A DNA stretch of 63,984 nucleotides, filler included, from a bacterium (GTDB lineage Bacteria > UBA9089 > CG2-30-40-21 > SBAY01), in the NCBI GenBank assembly GCA_040757115.1. It is 14 parts of 14 records of this genome, joined end to end, with 100 filler letters (N's around TTAATTAATTAA, not from the genome) between each part and the next. Parts side by side here need not be neighbours in the genome. Positions count along the whole stretch, not along the records: positions 1 to 4,744 come from JBFLYA010000280.1; positions 4,845 to 9,577 come from JBFLYA010000281.1; 12 more parts are not named here. One strand, written 5' to 3'. The notes below the pieces were generated by a model. It had not been told where the DNA came from, did no database searches, and saw nothing but the letters and a program-made list of their open reading frames with translations. This document shows positions 1 to 9,677 of this stretch, piece by piece (the first letter of the stretch is position 1; every line of letters starts with the position of its first letter). Position numbers and translations under genes: made by a program.

Positions 1-2
1 TA

Positions 3-182
3 AGGATATTTAATATAGTCGGTGAAGAGGTATATGAATATGAGGGAGTAAGTAGTAGTGGTAAATGGCTCTGGAAGCTCCAGAATAAAGATAATGAGAA
101 AGTAGCCAGTGGGATTTATATTTATGTAATTAGTAGTTCTGAAGGAGATAAGAAGGTAGGTAAGATAGGGGTGGTGAGGTAA
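3..182 (+). CDS. 3' fragment of a secreted protein ending in a T9SS-like C-terminal sorting domain
   Basis: Manual translation RIFNIVGEEVYEY...KVASGIYIYVISSSEGDKKVGKIGVVR*; same motif as the C-termini at 34318, 36223 and 62884; 5' end lies outside the window. Confidence 0.8.
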   Translation, partial: RIFNIVGEEVYEYEGVSSSGKWLWKLQNKDNEKVASGIYIYVISSSEGDKKVGKIGVVR

Positions 183-241
183 GAGAGTTGGAAAGAGAGA
201 GGTGGTTAGGGTTTTAATGCAAAGAGCAAGATGTAAAAATC

Positions 242-712
242 GTAACCGTTCAGCCACAGAGTTCACAGAGAATTAGAGAAATTAGCCACACATGGACACG
301 AATTAACCTGTGACATTCGATAAATGTAGTGCGAACCTTATTGCTTTTTCATAAATAGGTTCCTCTTTTGGGGAGAGCGATAGCAAGAAGAACTTTAATG
401 TAAATATCAAAATGCAAATATCAAAATTACAATGCAAAATGCAAAAATACTTGTAAATTAACAAAGTAGCTGGAGAATATTTTGATTTTTGATTTGTAAT
501 TTTACATTTTGATGTTTGATTTTTAATTTATTTTATGGTATTCCAGAAAAGTGGAAGTTAATTTTGCAAAAACCATTAGGTTCGCTTTCCTGCTTGCCAG
601 AAGCGAGGCTAAAGCCTCGCACTACAAATCTTTTTATTATTCGTATTCATTCGTGGTTATATATTCCCTCTGTGTTCTCTGTAACTCTGTGGCTATATCC
701 CTGAACGGTTAC
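242..712. mobile_element. MITE, family A (TIR GTAACCGTTCAG...CTGAACGGTTAC), with a nested element
   Basis: 12-bp terminal inverted repeats; near-identical copy starts at 46092; no TSD seen here; right end supplies the cobU stop codon. Confidence 0.75.
341..575. mobile_element. Nested MITE, family J, inserted in a hairpin loop (TTA duplication)
   Basis: Flanked by tta (338-340) and tta (576-578) inside gcgaacc-ttta-ggttcgc; heptamer arrays inside; same left end recurs at 46234. Confidence 0.65.
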
Positions 713-1248
713 TTCCCTCCTGATGAATGCTTACTTTTAATCTTCATCGCTATCCCTGCCACCAAAAGATAAACATCCTGAGCGTATCTTGCAATGATTT
801 GATTTGCCTTGCCTAATAAATCCGTAAATTGTCTGGCTAATTTATTTGTTGGGACAAGACAGGAGCCAACTTCATTAGAGACAATAATCACCCATCCATC
901 TTTTTTCTTGTCTATTGCCTCAACTAACGATGAGACCTTTTTTAAAATTTTATCCTCGGATAATTCATCTAAAAGTAGATTTGAAATAAGCATATTCAGG
1001 CAATCAATTAAAATTACCTCTGCCGTTGTTTTTTCTAATGTGGGGACAATCTCTTTTGGCTCTTCTATTGTTTGCCAATGTTTGGGTCTTAGCTGTTGAT
1101 GTTCTTGAATCCTTGCCTTCATTTCCTCATCTGAAGGGATGCCGGTAGCGATAACCACTACTTTTTTACTTAATCGGTCAGCTAACTGACAGGCAAATTG
1201 GCTTTTCCCTGAACGAATACCCCCAAGCACTAACATTAGTGAGCTCAT
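709..1248 (-). CDS. cobU: Adenosylcobinamide kinase / adenosylcobinamide-phosphate guanylyltransferase
   Basis: LVLGGIRSGKS P-loop, RIQEHQQLRP, LIDCL, VSNEVG, LLVAGI motifs; start placed at ATG 1248. Confidence 0.92.
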   Translation of the reverse strand: MSSLMLVLGGIRSGKSQFACQLADRLSKKVVVIATGIPSDEEMKARIQEHQQLRPKHWQTIEEPKEIVPTLEKTTAEVILIDCLNMLISNLLLDELSEDKILKKVSSLVEAIDKKKDGWVIIVSNEVGSCLVPTNKLARQFTDLLGKANQIIARYAQDVYLLVAGIAMKIKSKHSSGGK

Positions 1249-1306
1249 TTCTTTACTTACAATTTTACTAAAATTATTTAAAGATGTCAAGAAAAATTTA
1301 TGAAAC

Positions 1307-1536
1307 GTAACCGTTCACCGCAGACATACAGAGACGCAGAGAAAAAATTAAAATATATTCACCAGAGATAGAAATTTCCTTTTTTTGTGCATTTCGGGTC
1401 TTTCGTTGTTTATTAATCTTTTAATACTCACTTTTGACTAACTGTTTTTAAGCCTTCTTAAACACCGAAAAACACAAAAAAATATTTTTCTCTCTGTTTC
1501 TCTGCGTCTCTGCGGTAAATTACCACCTACGGTTAC
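1307..1536. mobile_element. MITE, family A, carrying GxxExxY-type inverted ends
   Basis: GTAACCGTTCAC...CTACGGTTAC ends; internal accgcaga..cagagacgcagag / ctctgcgtctctgcggt inverted pair. Confidence 0.65.
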
Positions 1537-1572
1537 GATTGTGTAATAAAACTTTAGATACCCCCCTAACCA

Positions 1573-3216
1573 TCAAGAAATCGCCAGCATTCTATCTATG
1601 GCGAGTTTTGCCTTTTGGGCAATGTCGTGGGGGACTTCTATTTTGGGCTCTTCGTCCTCAAGTGCAAAAAGGATTTTTTCGAGGGTAGTGAGTTTCATAT
1701 TTGGACATACGGCGCGGGTAGAGGCAGGATAAAATTGTTTTTGCGGATTTTCTTTTTTTAGACGATGAATAATTCCAACCTCTGTGCCAATGATAAATTC
1801 TGTCCCCTCAGATTCTTTAACATAGCGACACATACCATTTGTGCTTAGAGCGGCATCAGCTACCGCAATTACCCCTTGAGAACACTCTGGATGAACGATA
1901 ACCTTAACCTGTGGATGTTCTTTTTTAATCTGGTGAATTCCTTCTGGAGTTATAGTTTGGTGAGTTGGGCAATAGCCTGGCATCAAAATCATCTCCCGAC
2001 CGGTTTGACGGGTAATATAATCACCCAGATATTTGTCCGGGGTAAATATTATCTTTTGGTTAGGAGGGAGAGAATTAATTACCTTGACGCCGTTGGCTGA
2101 AGTACAGCAATAATCGGATTCTGCTTTAACTTCAACATGGGTATTAACATAGGAGACAACAAGGGCATCAGGATATTCAGCCTTAGTTTGTCTTAAATTT
2201 TCTACACTGACCATATCTGCCATTGGACAGCCAGCGTTTATGTCAGGCATTAGAACTGTTTTATCTGGGGAGAGGATTTTGGCAGTTTCTGCCATAAAAT
2301 GCACGCCGCAAAAGACAATTATCTTTGCATCAGTCTGAGCGGCTTTACGGGATAAATCAAGAGAATCACCTACAAAATCTGCAATATCCTGCACCTCGCC
2401 TCGCTGATAGTTATGTGCCAGAATAATCGCATGTTTGGCTTCCTTAATTTCTTTTATTCTCTCAACTAAATTACTTATTATCCTTCTTTGATGGGTATAG
2501 ATATTCATCGAACCCGCCTTTACCTGACCAATTATGGTCATTCCGGCTGTATCTGCCAGTTGTATGGCTGATGTCGTGGGACAGGAACGGGCGACAAGAA
2601 TTGGTATGCCCAGACGGGCAGACTTGAGCACCATTTCAGAAGATATTCGACCCGTAGAGAGTAAAATTTTATTCGCAACTTCTATCCCCTGAAGCAATGT
2701 CGCTCCTACAACCTTATCAATGGCATTATGCCGACCAATGTCCTCTTTGAAGATTAATATTCCCTTTTTGCTATCAGCCAGAGCCGCAGAATGCACACCG
2801 TATCTGGTAGAATAAGTGAGGAATTCTTTCATTAACCGACTAATCAACCAGGAGGAGAATTTTGCCTTCCCAGTTATTTTTGTTTCGTTTGATAGAGGAC
2901 GAAATATAACTCCTCTGCCACAGCCTGAGGTAATGATTGCAGGGCTATCTTGAAGAGTTTCTCTGGACACTCTAACTTCGATTATTACCTTTTCTTCAGA
3001 TACTTCAAGATTCACAATATCATCTGCATTTTTTATTAATCCTTCTGTCAGTAGAAAACCTATTGCCAATTCCTTTGTATCGGTAGGCGTAGATAGAAGT
3101 GTAACAAAATCTTTGCCATTCAATTTTATATGGAGAGGTTTTTCTTCTGGTACTGCATCTGTTGTTTTTTCAACTTTTTGTGAACTACCAATCTTCAGGA
3201 TATTAACATTTTTCAT
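1573..3216 (-). CDS. nadA: Fusion of FdhD-like sulfurtransferase (N-term) and quinolinate synthase NadA (C-term)
   Basis: N-half: EKPLHIKLNG, ELAIGFLLTEG, TSGCG, EDIGRHNAIDK, TGRISSEM. C-half: ILAHNYQ, FCGVHFMAE, AGCPMA, YCPTH, VHPEC, CPNMK. One continuous ORF. Confidence 0.9.
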   Translation of the reverse strand: MKNVNILKIGSSQKVEKTTDAVPEEKPLHIKLNGKDFVTLLSTPTDTKELAIGFLLTEGLIKNADDIVNLEVSEEKVIIEVRVSRETLQDSPAIITSGCGRGVIFRPLSNETKITGKAKFSSWLISRLMKEFLTYSTRYGVHSAALADSKKGILIFKEDIGRHNAIDKVVGATLLQGIEVANKILLSTGRISSEMVLKSARLGIPILVARSCPTTSAIQLADTAGMTIIGQVKAGSMNIYTHQRRIISNLVERIKEIKEAKHAIILAHNYQRGEVQDIADFVGDSLDLSRKAAQTDAKIIVFCGVHFMAETAKILSPDKTVLMPDINAGCPMADMVSVENLRQTKAEYPDALVVSYVNTHVEVKAESDYCCTSANGVKVINSLPPNQKIIFTPDKYLGDYITRQTGREMILMPGYCPTHQTITPEGIHQIKKEHPQVKVIVHPECSQGVIAVADAALSTNGMCRYVKESEGTEFIIGTEVGIIHRLKKENPQKQFYPASTRAVCPNMKLTTLEKILFALEDEEPKIEVPHDIAQKAKLAIDRMLAIS

Positions 3217-3229
3217 ATAGTTAAGTATA

Positions 3230-4012
3230 TCATTTAGTTAGATTTTTGTCAACCAGCAATTCAGCCGCTTTTTTGCCTGAGAGGAGCATACCGCCAAATA
3301 TTGGTCCCATTCGTGGTCCACCAAAGACGGCATTAGCGGCCATTCCAGCCACATAAACACAGGGATAGATTTCCTTTGTATTCTCAACGATGGTGCGTTC
3401 ACCAACCTCTGCCCACATTGGTTTTTCACCCATAAGGTCACCTGTTGCGGTGAGAAGTTTTTTGCCAATTTTCCTTACAATTATATGAGCTACCTCAGCA
3501 TCATGACCGGTCGCATCAATAACATATCTTGAGCGAATGGTCAAGGGGTCAACATGCAATTTGGCAATATCAACCGCACTCCAATTAAGAACAAGTCCTG
3601 TAACCTTTTTTTCACGAATCATTACATCTTCTGCAGAGATAAGATTAAATATCTTTACCCCAGCTCGAATTGTCTCCAAGCAAAGGGCAGACATAGTTTC
3701 TAATGAATCCGTGACAAAATAGCCGTTTTGATATTTTTCATATCGTATTTTAAAGTCATCGAGGATGGGAAGGGATGCTTCCTGAAAAACACACTTATTA
3801 AACATCATCCCACCACCCCACATACCACCACCAATGGAAAGTTTGCGTTCAAAGATTACTACTTTATGACCTTTTTTTGCCAGATAGTAGGCGGCTGTAA
3901 GACCAGCTGGTCCGCCACCAACAATAGCCACATCACTCTCTAAAAAGTTGACTAAATCTTCGCTCCATTTTTCAATAATCGCCTTTGAGATTACAATATC
4001 ATCTAACTGCAT
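3230..4012 (-). CDS. thi4: Sulfide-dependent adenosine diphosphate thiazole synthase (Thi4)
   Basis: [19 protein letters not shown] (His in place of the suicide Cys), [20 protein letters not shown]. Confidence 0.93.
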   Translation of the reverse strand: MQLDDIVISKAIIEKWSEDLVNFLESDVAIVGGGPAGLTAAYYLAKKGHKVVIFERKLSIGGGMWGGGMMFNKCVFQEASLPILDDFKIRYEKYQNGYFVTDSLETMSALCLETIRAGVKIFNLISAEDVMIREKKVTGLVLNWSAVDIAKLHVDPLTIRSRYVIDATGHDAEVAHIIVRKIGKKLLTATGDLMGEKPMWAEVGERTIVENTKEIYPCVYVAGMAANAVFGGPRMGPIFGGMLLSGKKAAELLVDKNLTK

Positions 4013-4031
4013 TTTTTTTGCCTCCTTTTTC

Positions 4032-4542
4032 GTAACTATTTACTCAAGTGAAGTGTCACCAGGGGAAAAAGGGAAAATGATGAAAAATGGGAAAGGGAGA
4101 AATATTCGATCTGTGCAGTTAGCAATAATCTGACAACTAACTTTTGCACGAAAATATTTATAACTTTCTCAATAAACATATCGCTCCTACGGAGCTAATT
4201 TGATGTTGAGACGATAAATCTATAAACATCTCGCCCTTACAGGGCTGAATATATTTTTAAACTCCGTTAGGAGTGATATATTTGTAGACTATGATAATCC
4301 TTAAAGAATTCAGCTCCGTAGGAGCGAAATGTTTAACTTAATTTAACTGCACAGGTGGGAAATATTTGGGTTATGGTTAGGAAACCAGTAGAGAAGTTGG
4401 GTTGAGAAGTTAGTGAAGGAAAAGCCCAATTTCCTAACCCCTCCAACCAAACAGGCATTTTAACCAGCACCTATTTCTTTTCCCTTTTTTCCCAGTTTTT
4501 CCATTCTCCCATATTTACACCTTCAGATGGCTAAAGTGTTAC
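4032..4542. mobile_element. Family A-type MITE in the thi4 leader, with 8-bp TSD
   Basis: Ends GTAACTATTTA / TAAAGTGTTAC; direct repeat cctttttc at 4024-4031 and 4543-4550. Confidence 0.75.
4107..4358. mobile_element. Nested MITE, family C, with REP-like gctcc-N-ggagc hairpins
   Basis: TIR CGATCTGTGCAGTTA / TAACTGCACAGGTGG; gaaatatt on both sides; four short palindromes inside. Confidence 0.65.
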
Positions 4543-4570
4543 CCTTTTTCTTAAAAAAATCCTTTGATAG

Positions 4571-4599
4571 ATTATAAGATATATGAGTAATTTTGTCAA
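4571..4599 (-). promoter_or_regulatory. Sigma70-type promoter for thi4 and fdhD-nadA
   Basis: Minus strand TTGACA-17 bp-TATAAT, perfect consensus. Confidence 0.7.
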
Positions 4600-4744
4600 G
4601 AATTATTTTAAAAATTTCGTAACTATTCAGCACAATTATTCGATCTGTGCGGTTAGAAGAGAAACCTCCCCGCATTAAGGTTAAAGACGTACTCTCCCTT
4701 CTCCGCCGCTGGCGGGGGATTAAGGATGTGAAAATCTTCTCAAC

Positions 4745-4844
4745 NNNNNNNNNNNNNNNNNNNNNNNNNNNNNNNNNNNNNNNNNNNNTTAATTAATTAA
4801 NNNNNNNNNNNNNNNNNNNNNNNNNNNNNNNNNNNNNNNNNNNN
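4745..4844. other. Artificial contig linker (first of 13)
   Basis: N44-TTAATTAATTAA-N44; others start at 9578, 14364, 19149, 23755, 28294, 32812, 37326, 41836, 46329, 50762, 55193, 59589. Confidence 0.98.
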
Positions 4845-4942
4845 GGCAGAGGGCAGAAGGCAGAGGGCAGAAGGCAGAAGGCAGAAGGCAGAGGGCAGAA
4901 GGCAGAGGGCAGAAAGCAGAGGACAGAAGGCAGAGGACAGAA
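4845..4942 (+). repeat. Heptamer tandem array (GGCAGAG/GGCAGAA)n
   Basis: About 14 imperfect 7-mers; a family A right end follows at 5030-5041. Confidence 0.85.
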
Positions 4943-5049
4943 GGAGGAAAAACCTTCAACCTGATTACGGACACGGAAAACGGACACAATTTACGAATTT
5001 TCAGTGTTTTATCTGTGTCCATCCGTGGGCTGAATAGTTACTTAAAATC

Positions 5050-7821
5050 TTAAAAATCATATCCAATACTAAAATTACCTTTTGCCTTTTCAGTATCAAC
5101 AAAATCTGTATTCCAGGAATAATCTACTTTTATGGGGAAAAAGCCTAAAAGCACTCTAAATCCCAAACCATAACACGCTTTTAAATCAGTATCTTTTTTC
5201 TCATCGGTAGAATGATGTCTTCTGGTAAGTGTTTCGCCTTTAGACCAGGTAGAACCTACATCCGCAAATATTACCATCCGAATGTTTCTAATCGAAACAG
5301 GTATCGCAAATTTAATCTCATCGATTAAAGGTAGTCTGAGTTCTGTATTTGCCAGGATGATATAATTGCCCCAGAATTCTCCGGCTTCATATCCTCTTAA
5401 AACTCCAAATTCCCGTCCTCCTAATGGGAATTCTCGGCGGTCTCTACCTTTACTTACAACACTAAAAAGACGAAAGGCAAAGTTTGACCGTCGGGTTAAT
5501 CGGAGATATTGACGATAGTCGGTTTTAAAATTAGTGTATCTTGCTTGATGATGAATAAGTGGAACAGTTTGTTCGACACTTACTCTACTTCTGCCTCCAC
5601 TTAAAGGCCCAAAATAACCCCAATTGGTCGTATCCTTAACTAATGAAACAAAGAAATAATCTATGCCTTCTTTCTCATATTTTATATCTTCCATAGTAAC
5701 TTCTTCCTTTGAAGTTACCTCGCTGACCAGGCCTAATTCTACGCGTCTAAATTTACTAAAAGGATACTCCATACTGCCTACTATTCCGTATTCTTGCTCG
5801 GTAATATCTTTATCCGTAAAACTATAAAAATCAGACCAATTAAAAACCTCAACCAGATATGATGGTCTTTTAGTTAAATAACCGTAAGAAAGTTGAAAGT
5901 TAAGGTCATTGCTCAGTGAGGATGCATTGTCTAATAGAAGTGCGAACCTATGATTTCCAAGAACATCTGAGGCTGAGAATTCTAAACTAGCTGACATCCC
6001 TTGAGAAGAACTGTAAATAAATCCTCCCTGCCGCCAATCAAAAGAGAATTTAGGTGAATATTCATAGATTTTAGCCTTTTCTATTCGTTTGACTTCGGCT
6101 ATTTTTGTCTCTGTTCCTGATGTTTCAGGTTTATTCCATGAAAGTTTTAAATCTTCCATTAGATATAATCTATATCCCTGTTGATAATATGAAACAAAAA
6201 CTACCTCTCCCTGCGGTGAAATACTTCCTTGAAAAGCACCACCAATACAGTTTGTTACCGTTGCTACTTCTTTTGTCTCTAAATTATAACCATAGATATT
6301 GAATACACCATCCGCATCTGATGAATAAAATATAACTTTACTATCATCTGACCAGAATGGGTCTTTTTTATAGCCGTCTTGAGTGGTAGTTATTATTTCT
6401 TCTTTTGTCTTAGGTGAAATGACACAAATATTAGAAATCCCATCCCTTTCTTTAACATAGGCAATATATTCCCCATTTTTAGACCAAATAGGCTGATGGT
6501 CAAGTGAGTCGCCAGAGGTTAATTGAACGATATTATCATCTTCAATTAAATATATTTTACTGTGACCATTACCTAAGGCAGAAACAGCCAGACTTTTACC
6601 ATCTGAGGAAAAGGATATTGAAGATATTTCATCAAATTTATCTATTTCTATTATCTCTTTAATTTTAGAGGTAAAGACATCGAAGATAAATATGGCATCT
6701 TTCCCTTTTGTTTTAGCGATAAAGGCGATTTTAGAACCATCACCAGACCAGGAAATTGCTCTTGATTCAATATTAAGTTCTTCAAAATTACGGGTTACCA
6801 TACCTTTAGTAATTCTTTCAATTACTTTACCATCCTTAAGTCGTATGATGACAATTTCTGGTTCTCCGGATTCATAAGAGACAACCGCAAGCATATCTCC
6901 ACCAGGAGAAAATGTTGGATGGGAATAAAATTTATCACGGCTTTCGACAACTATCTTTCCGAATTCTGTTGGTAATTTACGCCTGGTTAATTCAGGATAA
7001 TACTTTTGCTGTAAAAATTTTATCCAATCATTCTCTAAATTTTCCATACTTACGCCCAGAGAGGTTTTAATCATACTCTCAACATTCGGCTGTGCCTTAA
7101 ATCTTCTTAACAAAAGATGTATTTTATCCTCTCCATAAGTTTTGGCAATATATCTGAGTAAGGAGTGGCTTTGTTTGTAGGCTAAATATACATTTGGCAA
7201 CCCGGAAAAATCTGATAAATCTGAGAGAGGAATAATATTATTTTCAAAGACGGCATCAGATAAAACTGTATGTCCCATTGTATCTAAATCCCCGGTCTCA
7301 TATTCTGCCAATCCTTCCATCAGCCATAAAGGTGGAGCTATAAAGGCTTGAGATGAAAACATAGTTTGTAAAGCCTCACGATATAAAATGTCGTAGGAAA
7401 AGACATGGGTCAGTTCGTGGGTGATGACGGTTTGTAATCTCTTATAGCTTCCGGTAAACGGTATAACCATTCGATACTTAAAAATCTCGGCAAAACCACC
7501 TACACCTCTTTCGATTAACTCAAGGATAATATTTGTTTGTTGAAAATCATAATGGGATTTAAAGATAACAAAAGGGATTAATTTTGAGACATTATATTTT
7601 AAATCAGCACTGATTTTTTCATAGGCATCTTCAGCCATTTTAGCCGATATTCTGGCTAAATCTTCTATCTCTGAATTATAATATACCTCAAAATGTTCAG
7701 TTTGAAGCACAGACCAGGTAAATCCTTTATATCTAACCTTATTTTTACCAAACTCCTCGGCAAAAGTAAGATTAGTCATCAATATACATAGACTTATAAA
7801 AATTATATATCTCTTTAACAT
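5050..7821 (-). CDS. Omp85/BamA-superfamily outer-membrane protein with N-terminal peptidase MA-like domain and PD40/TolB beta-propeller
   Basis: Signal peptide, HELTH and WLMEGLAEY, repeated P-x-W/F-S-x-D-G units, LRGY motif, C-terminal FSIGYDF beta-signal. Confidence 0.8.
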   Translation of the reverse strand: MLKRYIIFISLCILMTNLTFAEEFGKNKVRYKGFTWSVLQTEHFEVYYNSEIEDLARISAKMAEDAYEKISADLKYNVSKLIPFVIFKSHYDFQQTNIILELIERGVGGFAEIFKYRMVIPFTGSYKRLQTVITHELTHVFSYDILYREALQTMFSSQAFIAPPLWLMEGLAEYETGDLDTMGHTVLSDAVFENNIIPLSDLSDFSGLPNVYLAYKQSHSLLRYIAKTYGEDKIHLLLRRFKAQPNVESMIKTSLGVSMENLENDWIKFLQQKYYPELTRRKLPTEFGKIVVESRDKFYSHPTFSPGGDMLAVVSYESGEPEIVIIRLKDGKVIERITKGMVTRNFEELNIESRAISWSGDGSKIAFIAKTKGKDAIFIFDVFTSKIKEIIEIDKFDEISSISFSSDGKSLAVSALGNGHSKIYLIEDDNIVQLTSGDSLDHQPIWSKNGEYIAYVKERDGISNICVISPKTKEEIITTTQDGYKKDPFWSDDSKVIFYSSDADGVFNIYGYNLETKEVATVTNCIGGAFQGSISPQGEVVFVSYYQQGYRLYLMEDLKLSWNKPETSGTETKIAEVKRIEKAKIYEYSPKFSFDWRQGGFIYSSSQGMSASLEFSASDVLGNHRFALLLDNASSLSNDLNFQLSYGYLTKRPSYLVEVFNWSDFYSFTDKDITEQEYGIVGSMEYPFSKFRRVELGLVSEVTSKEEVTMEDIKYEKEGIDYFFVSLVKDTTNWGYFGPLSGGRSRVSVEQTVPLIHHQARYTNFKTDYRQYLRLTRRSNFAFRLFSVVSKGRDRREFPLGGREFGVLRGYEAGEFWGNYIILANTELRLPLIDEIKFAIPVSIRNIRMVIFADVGSTWSKGETLTRRHHSTDEKKDTDLKACYGLGFRVLLGFFPIKVDYSWNTDFVDTEKAKGNFSIGYDF

Positions 7822-7949
7822 AACTTATCCCTCAATGATTTAATAATAACATATCTGCAACAAAATGTCAAAAGAAAAAGTTGGAAGTGTCAGTGTGAGT
7901 GTCAGTGTCAGTGAAGAAAGGTTGAATTCCTTAACTGTCACTGACACTC

Positions 7950-8002
7950 ATTTTCAGGAGAAACGGTCATGCCGACAAGTCGGCACATAGGAGGATGAAA
8001 AT
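7950..8002 (+). repeat. Family D junction site (ATTTTCAGGAGAA-hairpin-GATGAAAAT)
   Basis: Separates two short repeat-array units; homologues at 18943, 28494, 44529, 52381. Confidence 0.65.
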
Positions 8003-8193
8003 AGTAGAGGGTAGAAAGAGAAAGAAGAGGATTGTCTTTCCTTACTTTCTACTCTCTACTTTCTACTTCCTTATTTTCAGAAAAACCCTTGAGCCTAATT
8101 ACGGACACGGATACCGGACACGATTCACGAATTTTTCGTGTTTCATCCGTCTCTATCTGTGGCAGAATAATTACGAAATTTGTGAATATAATC

Positions 8194-9372
8194 TTAACTT
8201 GCATGCCAGCTAATTATCTTTACCTGAAATTTCCCACTTTTTTCTTCTCGTTCAACAATGGCTGTTATTTTTTTTGTAAAAGGGCTGTTGGTTAAATGTC
8301 CTACGGATTCAATCGTAAACTGGGCAGATTTTACTGTAAGATATTCACGCACCGGGAGATAATCATTAGCCTTTTTAATGGTATTAAACTCCGCTATTCT
8401 ATCATCTAACTCAAGATATGTTTTAAATGGGGATTTATTGCGGGCACTAATTATCTCATCCGCAAAATGAGTCGAATCAGCCCCTAATGTCCCTAAAAAA
8501 TAAGCATACAAAACTTCTTTAGAGGCGGTATTAACATTTATCTTCCCAAGCCAGGTAATAAAAGGTTTTATGTTTTCATAATGTTCTTTACCCAGAGCGG
8601 TTATAAGTCTTGTCTCGGTATTAGAAATGATATAAGGTAATGCCCCTTCACCTTCTTTTTTCGCCTTTCTAAAATCAATAGCTTTATTTGCCAAATTTTC
8701 ATATTCTTCGATTTTTTGCTCTAATTTTAGCCTCTCGGTCTGTGTTCCTGTTTGATACATCAAGGTAGCAAGAATTGGGACATCAATAATATTCAGGTTT
8801 ATTGGTCCAACAACCGTAATGTAATCTTTAATGTCATAAAAAAGATTTTTTTCATCAAACACCATTTCTTTTACCAATTGTAACTCATAGATAGTGTCAA
8901 ATAATAGATTTTTATTGTCTCTTTCCTCTTGCCTTCCGTCCCATTTTTTAAAATTTGCGTCTTTAAAATCACAGATATTTTCAGTTAATTCATCAGTCTT
9001 TGTTGAAACAAATCGTTTAATGAATTCCTGTAAAATGTTTGCGTCTATTTCATTAATATTTATCTTTCTTTGTTCATCAACGATTTTAACGGTAAAACTA
9101 CCAATTTGTAATTCTTGAGAGATTTCCTTTGCCCAGGAATCTTCAAGAGAATCATAATCTTTAGATTCGTCGGTAAGCAAAGAATTTATCGCCTGAATAA
9201 CACCTGCTTCGGCTAAAGAATATGCCTGGGCATCTTCCTTAAAATTGATGGCGACATTTGATTCAACTCGCATTAGATTTACTATTTCAAATGCCATAAT
9301 GGCAAGTATCATCACCAGCCATAAGGTCATTATTAATGCTATACCTTTGTTTGAATTAAAGGAATGATTCAT
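8194..9372 (-). CDS. gspK: Type II secretion minor pseudopilin GspK-like protein
   Basis: Prepilin-like KGIALIMTLWL, AYSLAEAGV, DEQRKININ, KINVNTA, FTIESVG; start probably at MNHSF. Confidence 0.8.
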   Translation of the reverse strand: MNHSFNSNKGIALIMTLWLVMILAIMAFEIVNLMRVESNVAINFKEDAQAYSLAEAGVIQAINSLLTDESKDYDSLEDSWAKEISQELQIGSFTVKIVDEQRKININEIDANILQEFIKRFVSTKTDELTENICDFKDANFKKWDGRQEERDNKNLLFDTIYELQLVKEMVFDEKNLFYDIKDYITVVGPINLNIIDVPILATLMYQTGTQTERLKLEQKIEEYENLANKAIDFRKAKKEGEGALPYIISNTETRLITALGKEHYENIKPFITWLGKINVNTASKEVLYAYFLGTLGADSTHFADEIISARNKSPFKTYLELDDRIAEFNTIKKANDYLPVREYLTVKSAQFTIESVGHLTNSPFTKKITAIVEREEKSGKFQVKIISWHAS

Positions 9373-9677
9373 ATTTTTAATTATAACACAGGGAATAGCA
9401 AAATGCAAGAAAAAAGGAAGAAAACCTTCAATTCAGACATAAAAAAAGAAGATATATAGCAGTTATTAGTCAAAACTTTACTCAGAGTGGATAAGTAAAA
9501 AAAATCCCAAATCCCAAGCACCAAATCTCAAATAAACACCAAATTCCACATACCAAAAAGCGAATTAGAGATTAGTGNNNNNNNNNNNNNNNNNNNNNNN
9601 NNNNNNNNNNNNNNNNNNNNNTTAATTAATTAANNNNNNNNNNNNNNNNNNNNNNNNNNNNNNNNNNNNNNNNNNNN

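Noticed and set aside
516-772. Short ORFs in repeat DNA (also 4789-5022, 7995-8295, 24594-25114, 32610-32867, 39886-40405, 46121-46303) and antisense shadow ORFs
   Set aside because: Translations of heptamer or MITE sequence, or opposite-strand overlaps of well-supported genes
4013-4600. TPP riboswitch upstream of thi4
   Set aside because: No recognisable TPP aptamer motifs; the leader is explained by nested MITEs with TSDs
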